Shown here in pieces: positions 10,768-19,487 of a stretch of 64,000 nucleotides of DNA. The DNA is from a virus (Duplodnaviria; Caudoviricetes): IMG/VR virus record IMGVR_UViG_3300028887_000083, positions 1-64,000 of that record; one strand, written 5' to 3'. The notes beneath the pieces were generated by a model that was not told the DNA's origin, did not search any database, and saw only the letters and a program-made list of their open reading frames with translations. The translations under genes were made by a program, and so were the position numbers. Positions within the stretch are counted from its first letter, which is position 1. Every line of letters begins with the position of its first letter.

Positions 10768-11268
10768 TCATTCATTATAATCATCATCATATTCTCTGTT
10801 TTCTAAGTCATCCCATACTTCAATATTGTCAAACTCTTCTCTTGATAACTCTCTCCTGCTAACTATCGGTTCGGTACTAAACAAGGCAAGACAGTCGGAC
10901 ATGTTGTGGTTTGCTTCGAATTCATAACCATTGTAGCCCTGCGACAATACTTCCTGTGCTTCCTCTTCATCCAACCCTTCATAATAATCCATCTCATAGC
11001 CGAGAATATCGTCAAGGTCATATATTGACACTAAATGTAATTTATTCAAATCTATTTTAACTTCCTCCACCCTATTTCCGTATGCACGGGCGTAACTTAT
11101 GTCATCGGTCAGCCAAATCATATTATCCTTTTGCGAACCGTATTTGGATTTGTAACCCCTGTACCAAATTTCGTATTTTTCACCTTGTTCTTCAAGGATT
11201 GTATTGATTGTTTCCTTTATTATGGCGTGAAGGGTTGATTCTGTCAGTTTTATAATTCTCTTAGGCAT
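10768..11268 (-). CDS. ADP-ribosyltransferase-like (ART-PolyVal-type) protein with conserved N-terminal leader
   Basis: Leader IIKLTESTLHAIIKETINTILEE; WYRG...IWLTDDISYARAYG...GYNGYEF. Confidence 0.6.
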   Translation of the reverse strand: MPKRIIKLTESTLHAIIKETINTILEEQGEKYEIWYRGYKSKYGSQKDNMIWLTDDISYARAYGNRVEEVKIDLNKLHLVSIYDLDDILGYEMDYYEGLDEEEAQEVLSQGYNGYEFEANHNMSDCLALFSTEPIVSRRELSREEFDNIEVWDDLENREYDDDYNE

Positions 11269-11331
11269 AAAGTCTTGTTTATTAATAAATAGGTTTATTT
11301 TCTCGTTTCAGGAACTTTTGAAAAATGAACT

Positions 11332-11341
11332 GATATTTATA
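11332..11341 (+). promoter_or_regulatory. Phage (late-type) promoter motif (G/T)ATATTTAT, representative copy
   Basis: Same sense-strand motif shortly upstream of genes at 8952, 15439, 17111, 19448, 36882, 44288, 45773, 57438, 59338 (+) and 6141, 16851, 22444, 22867 (-). Confidence 0.7.
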
Positions 11342-11374
11342 TATAAATAATAATTTCCAAAACAATAACAAATA

Positions 11375-14300
11375 ATGGCAAACAGAACAAATACAACAAG
11401 ACAACATTCGGCACCTGGTTTGTATTTTGACGAGAAAGAACTTCAGTATGCGTCAAAATCGCTCGGTATCACAACACTTGGTGTATCTGGTGAAACCTTG
11501 AAAGGTCCTGCTTTCCAACCGATAACGGTTAAGAATTGGAGAGAATATCAGACTTACTTCGGTGGCACAAGCACCGCAAAATTCAAGGGAAGCCAATATC
11601 CAAGGTATGAATTACCGTACATCGCCAAGTCCTATCTTGAACAGTCACAACAGCTCGAAGTCGTGAGAGTGCTCGGTCTTTCAGGCGTGAACGCAGGTCC
11701 TGCTTGGGTTATTACAGGAACCAAACATATCCTTTACAGCGGTCTTACCTATGTTGAGGTTGACTACATCCCTGAAGGTGAAACTCCTGTACATATGGAT
11801 AAACCTATTGACCCGAGAGATATAACCGACGACGATACGCAGTTTCCTCCATATATTATGGATGCAACGGGTTCAAAATGGCATACCACTTGCAGTGAAC
11901 AGCCTGCAGGTTGGGAAAATACCGAAGAATTCTTAGATGAACATGTCTATAAATACGACGAGGATACAGGTTATTACGTAAACCACAACGGTGAGGAACT
12001 TCCGAACAATTTGGATGAACTTGACCAAACAATGTTCGCCAAGGTTGTGGAAGGTGTAACTTTCTACTATGTGAAGGTTGATGTGTACACCTATTATAAG
12101 AAAACAAGAATGAGCAACATTCAGCTTCAGAATGAAGACATCAACAATTCATATAATAATATGGTTGTTGCAGTTCTCCGTTCACGTGGTGAACACAAGA
12201 GAGCCGCTTTCGTGAGACATCCAACCCCATCGGACATCGAGAACGGTGTTTGCGACGACGTGTACGAGTTTGACGGTATCGAGTATCTTGCGGATGAGGT
12301 TACACTCGAACCCACAAAGAGTTTAAAACTCGGTTCTTCATGCAACCCAGGTTATTCAAGCACAACAGGTGATTTCACGGTTGACCCTTATAACAACGGT
12401 ACTTTCACTGTGGTTGTCAAGACTAACGTCGGTGAAGAGAAACGCTACAACGTTTCGCTGAACGAGGGTGACAAGAACTACATCTATAATGTTTTTGGCG
12501 GCAACCCCGAGGAAGGTGACACTGAAATTTACGTTGAGGAACTTTACGATGTGGCATTGAAACAACTCATCGCATCAGGTGAAATCAATGCTATCAACAG
12601 CGAGGTGTTGAAATATCCTGCAGTTTACATTGTTCCTAAATTCGTTGATGTTGACGACATTATAGACGAAGACAACGTGCTTACGAGAAGTTTTATCGGA
12701 AAACGTTATCTTTACAGCGACAAGATTGCTGACGGACGCGAGTTCCCGATTCGCTATTCTCTCGACAAGGGTGCCACATGGTTTGAGGCTCCCGGTATCA
12801 CAGGTATGATTTACTCCGTAATCTCTCATACCAACCCTGATAATGGCAAGAAGGTTTACTTCTACGGTGCTTATCTCGCCAATGCCGATTTCACTTGGGC
12901 TGAGATAGACAAGGAAGACGTTCCTGATGGAATAGAATGGATACCTTGTTCACAGGATGTAACCGACGAACAGCAGAACTGGTTTGAAGAAAAACCTGAG
13001 GCATACGCTTCATCTCCTGAATACATCAGAGTTGGTGACATCACTTCAAGCGGCAGCGGTTCAGGTAGCGAGGAATATCAATACTTCAAGAAAAAGATGA
13101 CTGATTGGTATCCTTCAGAGGACAGCAAGAAACCGACCGAGTACCTTACCGTGTTTGACTACACTACCGATGTTGCGGAGAACAACAATGTTCTCAACAA
13201 CTGCGTGAGAGTACTTGCTGACGATATGTTCTATATCTATACCAAGATAGGAAATCCTCATTGCGACAACAGCAGTTGCGAAACTCCTGACGTGTATCCT
13301 ATAACTCTTGACTTCAATAACTATAAGGAATCTTACAGATATGCTTCAACCCCTTGGTTCGTGTCAGAGGTTAAGGGTGACGCAGAGAATGTGGAACTCC
13401 ACAAACTGTTCAGATTCCACACCATTTCCGACGGTAACAACAGTACCACTGAGTTCAAGGTCTCTATCGAGAATATTGACCCGACTGCAGGTACATTTGA
13501 CGTTGTCCTGAGAGACTACCTCGATTCGGACATCAACATGACAACCATCGAGCGTTTCAACGGATGTAACCTCGTTCCTGGTTCAAACGACTACATTTCT
13601 CTCAAAATCGGTTCGTTTGACGAGCAGTACGAGCAGAAATCCAAGTACATCACCGTTGAGGTTATCGAGAACGACACAACCAAGACCTCTGTTCCTGCAG
13701 GTTTCCTCGGTTATCCTGTGAGAAACTACAGCGGTACAGGTGTCAAGACCCGTTCATACAAGTATGTTGCATGTGAGTCAGGTGAGGTCAGCGGCACTCC
13801 CGTTCATATGGATGCAATTCCTTCGGCACAGACATTGACTGACGACAGCCCCGAGTTCATAGAGGTTGCAACCGATTACTACAAGAAGGTTGACGCCCTC
13901 TCAACAGAACCTGTACAACCTTTCTTCAAGTATAATATCATGATTGACGACGAACTGAAGCCAAAGAAACAGTACTTCGGTGTTTCCGACTTGGTCGGTA
14001 TCGACAGCGACGTGTTCGCATACAAGGGTGTTGAGGCTTACAACGGTGTTCCTCAGGGACTCACCCCTTGCTTCCACTTGGATGCACGTATTTTCAACGG
14101 AACTCCTGATGCTGACGGTTACATCTACTCGGATGGTCTGAAACAGAAAGTTTCTGTGGATGATATAACGGGTTACTCATGGTCGACCGTTGCCAAGGGT
14201 GAGGTGACCAACGAAGGTATCGAACCCCGTATCGGTGGTGACGACATCATGGCAGGTACTATCTATGAGGACAAGAAATACCGCAAGTTCACCGCTGCTT

Positions 14301-15352
14301 TCTACGGCGGTTGGGATGGTTGGGATTACTACAGGACAAGCCGTACCATCGGTGATGAGTACCGTTACAGAGAATACAAGGGTGCCATCAACCCGACAAG
14401 CGGTTACGGCAAGATGTTCAGCGTAATCAAGAACGCTGAAAGCATCGGATTCGACAATGGTGAGAAGGTTATTACAAGTGACTACTACGCTTACCTTGCA
14501 GGTGTCAGACAGTTTGCTAACCCGAAGACCATCGAAATCAACGTTCTTGCAACTCCTGGTATCGACTACGTCAACAATAACCAACTCGTTAATGAGGTTA
14601 TCGACATTGTTGAGGATGAGCGTACCGACTGCGTGTACATCACCACCACACCTGACAAACCTTTCGGTGCATCGGATGCTGAAGAGGATATGTACACTCC
14701 TGACGAGGTTGCTTACAACCGTGAGGACAGTGACATTGACTCCAACCACACCGCAACCTATTATCCTTGGGAAAAATACTTCGACAGTGCCAACAACCAA
14801 TACATCTACCTCCCAATTACAAGAGACGTTGTTGCAAGCATCGCTCTTACCGACAATATCGCTTGGCCGTGGTACGCTGCAGCAGGTTGGAACCGTGGTA
14901 ACCTGTCGGGTATAAGACCTAAGAAAAAACTGAAACTCTCTGAACAGGATACCCTTTACGACGCAGGTGTCAACTTCATCAACTCGTTCGCAAACGAAGG
15001 CGACAAGATTTGGGGTGACAAGAACCTGCAGATTAAGGACACTATCCTTAACAGACTTTCGAAACGCAGACTTCTGCTCAGAATCAAGAGGCTCCTTCAG
15101 AACGCTTGTATCGGTCTTCTCTTCGACCCGAACGACGTTCAGATGTCCAAGTCTGTCAGAAACAGCGTTGAAAGCGTACTTGAGAACGTACAGAACAATA
15201 GGGGTATCACCGACTACCGTGTTGAAATCGACGACTCGCCCGAGACGCGTGACAAACTCGGACTCGGAGTTACCTACTACATTAAGGCTTCTCCTCTCTT
15301 GGAGTGGATACAGTTCACGAGTGTTCTGACACCTCAGGGCATGGAGTGGTAA
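11375..15352 (+). CDS. Tail sheath protein (large, with insertions)
   Basis: SAPGLYFDEKE...GETLKGPAFQP N-terminus; INVLATPGID, YYPW, WYAAAGWNRG, IWGDKNLQ, RGITDYRV C-terminal sheath motifs. Confidence 0.95.
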   Translation: MANRTNTTRQHSAPGLYFDEKELQYASKSLGITTLGVSGETLKGPAFQPITVKNWREYQTYFGGTSTAKFKGSQYPRYELPYIAKSYLEQSQQLEVVRVLGLSGVNAGPAWVITGTKHILYSGLTYVEVDYIPEGETPVHMDKPIDPRDITDDDTQFPPYIMDATGSKWHTTCSEQPAGWENTEEFLDEHVYKYDEDTGYYVNHNGEELPNNLDELDQTMFAKVVEGVTFYYVKVDVYTYYKKTRMSNIQLQNEDINNSYNNMVVAVLRSRGEHKRAAFVRHPTPSDIENGVCDDVYEFDGIEYLADEVTLEPTKSLKLGSSCNPGYSSTTGDFTVDPYNNGTFTVVVKTNVGEEKRYNVSLNEGDKNYIYNVFGGNPEEGDTEIYVEELYDVALKQLIASGEINAINSEVLKYPAVYIVPKFVDVDDIIDEDNVLTRSFIGKRYLYSDKIADGREFPIRYSLDKGATWFEAPGITGMIYSVISHTNPDNGKKVYFYGAYLANADFTWAEIDKEDVPDGIEWIPCSQDVTDEQQNWFEEKPEAYASSPEYIRVGDITSSGSGSGSEEYQYFKKKMTDWYPSEDSKKPTEYLTVFDYTTDVAENNNVLNNCVRVLADDMFYIYTKIGNPHCDNSSCETPDVYPITLDFNNYKESYRYASTPWFVSEVKGDAENVELHKLFRFHTISDGNNSTTEFKVSIENIDPTAGTFDVVLRDYLDSDINMTTIERFNGCNLVPGSNDYISLKIGSFDEQYEQKSKYITVEVIENDTTKTSVPAGFLGYPVRNYSGTGVKTRSYKYVACESGEVSGTPVHMDAIPSAQTLTDDSPEFIEVATDYYKKVDALSTEPVQPFFKYNIMIDDELKPKKQYFGVSDLVGIDSDVFAYKGVEAYNGVPQGLTPCFHLDARIFNGTPDADGYIYSDGLKQKVSVDDITGYSWSTVAKGEVTNEGIEPRIGGDDIMAGTIYEDKKYRKFTAAFYGGWDGWDYYRTSRTIGDEYRYREYKGAINPTSGYGKMFSVIKNAESIGFDNGEKVITSDYYAYLAGVRQFANPKTIEINVLATPGIDYVNNNQLVNEVIDIVEDERTDCVYITTTPDKPFGASDAEEDMYTPDEVAYNREDSDIDSNHTATYYPWEKYFDSANNQYIYLPITRDVVASIALTDNIAWPWYAAAGWNRGNLSGIRPKKKLKLSEQDTLYDAGVNFINSFANEGDKIWGDKNLQIKDTILNRLSKRRLLLRIKRLLQNACIGLLFDPNDVQMSKSVRNSVESVLENVQNNRGITDYRVEIDDSPETRDKLGLGVTYYIKASPLLEWIQFTSVLTPQGMEW

Positions 15353-15372
15353 GAAATTACCATAACATAACG

Positions 15373-15410
15373 AAAATAAGCGGTAATGTAAAAATTACCG
15401 CTTATTTTTT
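15373..15410 (+). terminator. Rho-independent terminator
   Basis: AAAATAAGCGGTAAT-loop-ATTACCGCTTATTTTT after the sheath gene. Confidence 0.8.
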
Positions 15411-15474
15411 ATTAATGGAGATATTTTTTATTAATGGAGATATTTATAATAAATAAGACACTAAAAAATTATAT

Positions 15475-16188
15475 ATGAAACAGACTATCAATCTTGACGA
15501 AAATAAATTCCGTGAACTTATCAAGGAAAATGTTAGACAAATTCTGAATGAAGCCGAAAACGGTGGTTGGGTTGTTGAAACAAGTGAAGCTGAAGAAGCT
15601 TATAATTTTGCGGCACAAATTTTAGGTAATGAAGAACTTAATCAAGCAATTGTCAGGGCAATGTCAAATGAAACACTTGCACAAATCCTTGCATACCTTT
15701 TCCGTATGTACAACCTGAAAGAATGGGGAGACTATAAAGCGAAAATGGATGGTTTAAATGATTATGAAGAAGACATGTTTATCAATGAGACACTGAACGA
15801 ATATGAGGGTATGGATGACAGTTGGAGTTACGCCGCCGTCTTCGGTGAAAACCAAAGGGATATTTACGACATGCTTTGGCAGGTTAAACTTGCCCTTCAG
15901 AAAAAAATCAAGAGGGGTGTTGAAATTAGAAAAGACATCCTTGCAAATTCGTCGGTAGTTCGCAGGGCTGCGCAAATCACCTTGAAACGTTTCAATGAAT
16001 ACAATAAAGAAGTGGGTGAAGAACCATTCGATATGGATAATGAGGTTAAACGTGGTTTGAGAGAATACTATGCAGAGAAGATTCTCAACTGGATTAAAGA
16101 AGAAGAGTGGAATAAGCAAAACCAATCAACCGACGAGACTATCAACGAGACACTGAAAAGGATTTTCAAAACAATCAAAAACCAATAA
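15475..16188 (+). CDS. Hypothetical protein with conserved N-terminal leader
   Basis: MKQTINLDENKFRELIKENVRQILNE; repeated INETL motifs. Confidence 0.75.
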   Translation: MKQTINLDENKFRELIKENVRQILNEAENGGWVVETSEAEEAYNFAAQILGNEELNQAIVRAMSNETLAQILAYLFRMYNLKEWGDYKAKMDGLNDYEEDMFINETLNEYEGMDDSWSYAAVFGENQRDIYDMLWQVKLALQKKIKRGVEIRKDILANSSVVRRAAQITLKRFNEYNKEVGEEPFDMDNEVKRGLREYYAEKILNWIKEEEWNKQNQSTDETINETLKRIFKTIKNQ

Positions 16189-16212
16189 CAGTATATTATT
16201 TCGTATTGTAAA

Positions 16213-16307
16213 CAAAAGCGGATTTTTCAATCCGCTTTTTCTATTTTCGCTATGTGGATGTTACACTAAAAAACTACGGCTAATTGAGACAACCGCCGTA
16301 GTTTTTC
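16213..16307. terminator. Two terminator hairpins between convergent genes
   Basis: AAAAGCGGATT..AATCCGCTTTT and AAAAACTACGGC..GCCGTAGTTTTT. Confidence 0.75.
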
Positions 16308-16327
16308 GAAATATGTAAACAGACGTC

Positions 16328-16816
16328 TTAGAAAGTCAGTATGCAGTATGTGGGCTGAAGTGTCAACTCGATTGTTGCGAGGTCATCCGAGTTGTAGTCC
16401 AATTCACCGAACTTTGCGTCGGTTATCTGACAGCCTTTCAGTATCCACTGCGATACAGCTGTACCCGTCGGGTCAACCATCTCAAGGATAAGGTCACGCT
16501 TGTAGGCAACTGCATAACCCATACGTCCCGTTACACTCTCTGCGTGGAGACGCACCCATTCCATGACAGCCTGCGAAGCTGAAGGTCCGATTGGGTCTTT
16601 CAACGAAATCGAAATGGTGTCCCATTTGTAACGTCCCGCAACATAGGTCGAGGTGTTCATGAAGGGTATCTCAGTGTTTCCGATGTTGATTGAAGGTCTC
16701 GAGGCAGTGCTCACCCACCACTCCTGTATTCCAAGGTCGGAAGGAAAACGAACCAAAAACCTATTTTTACGTAATGGTTCGTATTCAATGGGCATTTTCA
16801 AAATTAAATCGTTCAT
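16328..16816 (-). CDS. Tail tube protein (T4 gp19-like)
   Basis: YEPLRKNRF...RPSI...YVAGRYKWDTISI...DPIGPSASQAVMEW...YKRD...W.L.G...FGELDY. Confidence 0.92.
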   Translation of the reverse strand: MNDLILKMPIEYEPLRKNRFLVRFPSDLGIQEWWVSTASRPSINIGNTEIPFMNTSTYVAGRYKWDTISISLKDPIGPSASQAVMEWVRLHAESVTGRMGYAVAYKRDLILEMVDPTGTAVSQWILKGCQITDAKFGELDYNSDDLATIELTLQPTYCILTF

Positions 16817-16866
16817 ATTAAAAATTTTTTAGTATATTTATTTCTGTAATTATAAATATCACAAAA

Positions 16867-17052
16867 ATGAAAAAAGAAAAAAATTTAGAAAAGTTTATTG
16901 AGAAGTCAAAAAAAGTTCACGGAGACAAGTATGATTATTCTAAGGTAGAATATGAAAACAGTACAACACCTGTATGTATAGTTTGTCCCGAGCATGGCGA
17001 ATTTTTACAAACACCCGTGGTACATGTAAAGGGTTTGACACAGTTAAATTGA
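16867..17052 (+). pseudogene. 5' fragment of a DUF723/Hef-type homing endonuclease, cut off by the IS607 left end
   Basis: FIEKSKKVHGDKYDYSKVEY...CIVCPEHGEFLQTP..H..G repeat stops before the expected GCPxC, at GGG 17031-17033. Confidence 0.75.
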
Positions 17053-17122
17053 AAAATAAGAAAAAATATGAAACTTTTATAAATAATATGTAAACTTTTT
17101 CTTTTAATGCAATATTTATAAT

Positions 17123-17326
17123 ATGGAAAGAAAATTAAAACAAGCAATGGAGAACGCACCAAACGCAAAATATAAAGTTGTTGAAGTCACCAAGGACTAC
17201 TACAAACTCGAAAACGGTGACATCTTCGAGCATACTTTCGATATAGACAATAACATCACTGTCGAAGAGTTCCAAGCAATGCTCGACAACGCAAGAAAAA
17301 TAATGGAGAACATCATCGATGAATAA
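17123..17326 (+). CDS. Small hypothetical protein inside IS607, overlapping the tnpA start
   Basis: 67 aa ORF preceded by AATATTTATA. Confidence 0.7.
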   Translation: MERKLKQAMENAPNAKYKVVEVTKDYYKLENGDIFEHTFDIDNNITVEEFQAMLDNARKIMENIIDE

Positions 17327-17957
17327 CGGTCTGCTTAACATAAAACAAGCATCTGACTACCTTGGTGTGTCAAAAGACACATTGAGGAAGTGGGACAAGA
17401 ACGGTAAACTTAAACCACTGAAGACAATCGGTGGGCATCGCAGATATTCCGTTCAAGACCTTGACAAGTTTGTCGGGAAAGAAACTACGGAAGAACGGGC
17501 AACCGACGTTATTTCGTGCGCTACATATGCGAGAGTTAGTTCAAACGAGCAGAAACAAAAAGGCGACTTGGATAGACAGTCGCAAAGACTCTCCGAATAT
17601 TGTGCAAAGCAGAACATCCACGTCACGCACATCATAAAGGATGTTGGAAGCGGATTGAACGACAACCGAAGTGGGTTCAACAGGCTGACAGACCTAATCA
17701 TTAGCGGTAAGGTTAATATGCTTGTGATAGAACACAAGGACAGACTGACGAGGTTCCAGTTCAACTTCATCCACAAGATGTTCGAGAGTTACGGATGTAA
17801 GGTCATTGTGCTGAACGGAATGGACGTGAGCAACACCGAGGAGTTGACCGCAGACATGATGTCTCTTTTGGCAAGTTTCAGCGGGAAGTTCTATGGTAAA
17901 CGCAGTGCGGAAAGAAGAAAAAAGAAGCAAAATAAAGATGAAAATAAGATTTTATAA
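17319..17957 (+). CDS. tnpA: IS607 TnpA serine recombinase (MerR-type HTH + resolvase)
   Basis: LGVSKDTLRKWD...GGHRRY; YARVSS; DLDRQ; DVGSGLN; EHKDRLTRF; EELTADMMSLLASFSGKFYGKRS. Confidence 0.97.
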   Translation: MNNGLLNIKQASDYLGVSKDTLRKWDKNGKLKPLKTIGGHRRYSVQDLDKFVGKETTEERATDVISCATYARVSSNEQKQKGDLDRQSQRLSEYCAKQNIHVTHIIKDVGSGLNDNRSGFNRLTDLIISGKVNMLVIEHKDRLTRFQFNFIHKMFESYGCKVIVLNGMDVSNTEELTADMMSLLASFSGKFYGKRSAERRKKKQNKDENKIL

Positions 17958-18078
17958 CACACCGAATAGTTGGTGGTATGTTGGAATGGGATATAGAAAA
18001 TACCACTGGTTTTATATCAGTTTTCTAACAAAAACAATAACCCTCTATTGGGGAAAAAACACAAAATACATACCTTGA
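17938..18078 (+). CDS. 46 aa aromatic-rich ORF between tnpA and tnpB
   Basis: MKIRFYNTPNSWWYVGMGYRKYHWFYISFLTKTITLYWGKNTKYIP; overlaps the tnpA end and stops just before the tnpB ATG. Confidence 0.55.
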   Translation: MKIRFYNTPNSWWYVGMGYRKYHWFYISFLTKTITLYWGKNTKYIP

Positions 18079-18079
18079 A

Positions 18080-19339
18080 ATGTTAAGGGCAATTAAAATA
18101 AGGTTATATCCAAACAGGGAGCAGGAACTGAAACTCAACAAGGTTTTGGGTTGCTACCGATTTGTCTATAACCAAATGCTTGCCCTTAAACAGCAAGAAT
18201 ACAACGAAAACAAGAAATCATTGGGACTTACCGACCTTTCGAAACATTTTCACGGAACGTTGCTGAAAGATGAACAATACGCCTGGTTAAAAGAACAGAA
18301 CACCAAAGTGATGAAGCAATCCATAAGACAGATGCTTTCGGCGTATGACAAGTTCTTCAAACAGCACAACGGATTCCCGAAATTCAAATCAAAGAAGGAT
18401 AGACAGTCGGCGTTGTTTCCGTTGGAAGCAATATCGAAGGGAAACAAATTTGACGAAAGAAAGATAACATTGACGCAACCATTAAAGGATATTAGGTTCA
18501 GATGTTCGGACCTTTACTTCAAGAGGCTTCAAACATACAGGGATGGTATAAGATGTGCTACCTTATCGAAAACCAAGAGTGGTAACTACTTTTTATCCAT
18601 ACTTGTTGAATTGCCACAAAAGGAAGCCGTGAGATTTGGACAGACGGATGCACATGTTGGCATTGACCTTGGAGTCAAGGACTTTGTAATCACAAGCGAC
18701 GGAGAGGTGTTTGAAAATAGGCACTTCTTCAAGAAACAAGAGAACAAGGTTGCGAAACTACAAAGGCAATTAAGTAGGAAGCAGAAAGGTTCGAACAATC
18801 GGAACAAACAGCGTGTTAAGATTGCAAAGGCATTTGAGAAACTTACCAACCAAAAGGAAGCGTACATACATAGTGTGGTGAATGGGTTACTTGCTTATTA
18901 TGATGTCATGTTTATGGAAGACTTGAATGTGCAAGGTATGTTGAAGAACCATAAGTTAGCCAAGGCGATACAGGAGATTGGGTTGTATAGGTTCAGACAG
19001 ATACTTGAATACAAGGCAATGGACAACTACAAGGAAGTGGTGTTTGTCGGTAGATTTTATCCAAGTTCGAAGACATGCCACAAGTGCGGCTACGTCTACA
19101 AGGGCTTGACCCTTGGCGAACGTGAGTGGACTTGCCCCGTGTGCGGTGAACATCATGAGAGGGATTTGAACGCTGCGATTAATATCCTTGTTGAAGGTGA
19201 AAGAATAATAGGGTCCCGTAGACCCGAATTCACGCCTGTGGAGAACCCAACCGTGGACGAACGCACGGAGACGTGCCTAAGAAGCGGCGGTTCGTCGAAA
19301 CAGGAAGCGGAAACTGATGGGAATCACAGGTTTTCATAG
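18080..19339 (+). CDS. tnpB: TnpB RNA-guided endonuclease
   Basis: KIRLYPN...RFVYN, GIDLGVK (RuvC-I), MEDLNV (RuvC-II), CHKCG...CPVCG zinc finger, RDLNAAINI (RuvC-III); catalytic D/E/D present. Confidence 0.97.
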   Translation: MLRAIKIRLYPNREQELKLNKVLGCYRFVYNQMLALKQQEYNENKKSLGLTDLSKHFHGTLLKDEQYAWLKEQNTKVMKQSIRQMLSAYDKFFKQHNGFPKFKSKKDRQSALFPLEAISKGNKFDERKITLTQPLKDIRFRCSDLYFKRLQTYRDGIRCATLSKTKSGNYFLSILVELPQKEAVRFGQTDAHVGIDLGVKDFVITSDGEVFENRHFFKKQENKVAKLQRQLSRKQKGSNNRNKQRVKIAKAFEKLTNQKEAYIHSVVNGLLAYYDVMFMEDLNVQGMLKNHKLAKAIQEIGLYRFRQILEYKAMDNYKEVVFVGRFYPSSKTCHKCGYVYKGLTLGEREWTCPVCGEHHERDLNAAINILVEGERIIGSRRPEFTPVENPTVDERTETCLRSGGSSKQEAETDGNHRFS

Positions 19340-19373
19340 GTTTCCGTGTACGGTTTTATAAGGTATGGGATTG
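19205..19373 (+). ncRNA. Predicted TnpB omega/reRNA scaffold plus guide
   Basis: GC-richer, structured 3' tail of tnpB (e.g. GCGGAAAC...GTTTCCGT stem) ending at GTACGG 19353; guide would start TTTTATAAGGTATGGGATTG; boundaries inferred. Confidence 0.6.
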
Positions 19374-19407
19374 TGGTCTTTATAAGTATATTTGGAAAAA
19401 ACAATAA
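19354..19407 (+). pseudogene. 3' fragment of a Hef-type homing endonuclease
   Basis: Translates FYKVWDCGLYKYIWKKQ*, homologous to YYKIYNCGLVRYVWRKS* at the end of 35600..36088. Confidence 0.75.
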
Positions 19408-19487
19408 AAAAATTTATTGAAAATATTGTTTTATTTTATTTTTATAGTATATTTATAAATGAATAATAACTTAAAACAATAAAAATT

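Larger units (their letters stand above)
17032..19353 (+). mobile_element. IS607-family element (orf, tnpA, orf, tnpB)
   Basis: tnpA + tnpB; GG(TTT) at both inferred junctions (17032-17036, 19352-19356); short direct repeats AATATG(T)AAACTTTT near the left end; flanks are two parts of one gene type. Confidence 0.8.

Noticed and set aside
14177-14800. Long antisense ORFs (14177..14800, also 45823..46500 and 56739..57302)
   Set aside because: Explained by codon bias of the sense genes; no recognisable motifs
17034-17122. Group I intron making the IS607 an IStron
   Set aside because: The left-end region is only ~90 nt and AT-rich, with no room for a ribozyme core
18069-18077. CATACCTT before tnpB complementary to AAGGTATG in the guide region
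   Set aside because: Only 8 bp and the right-hand copy is explained by Hef coding sequence; likely chance
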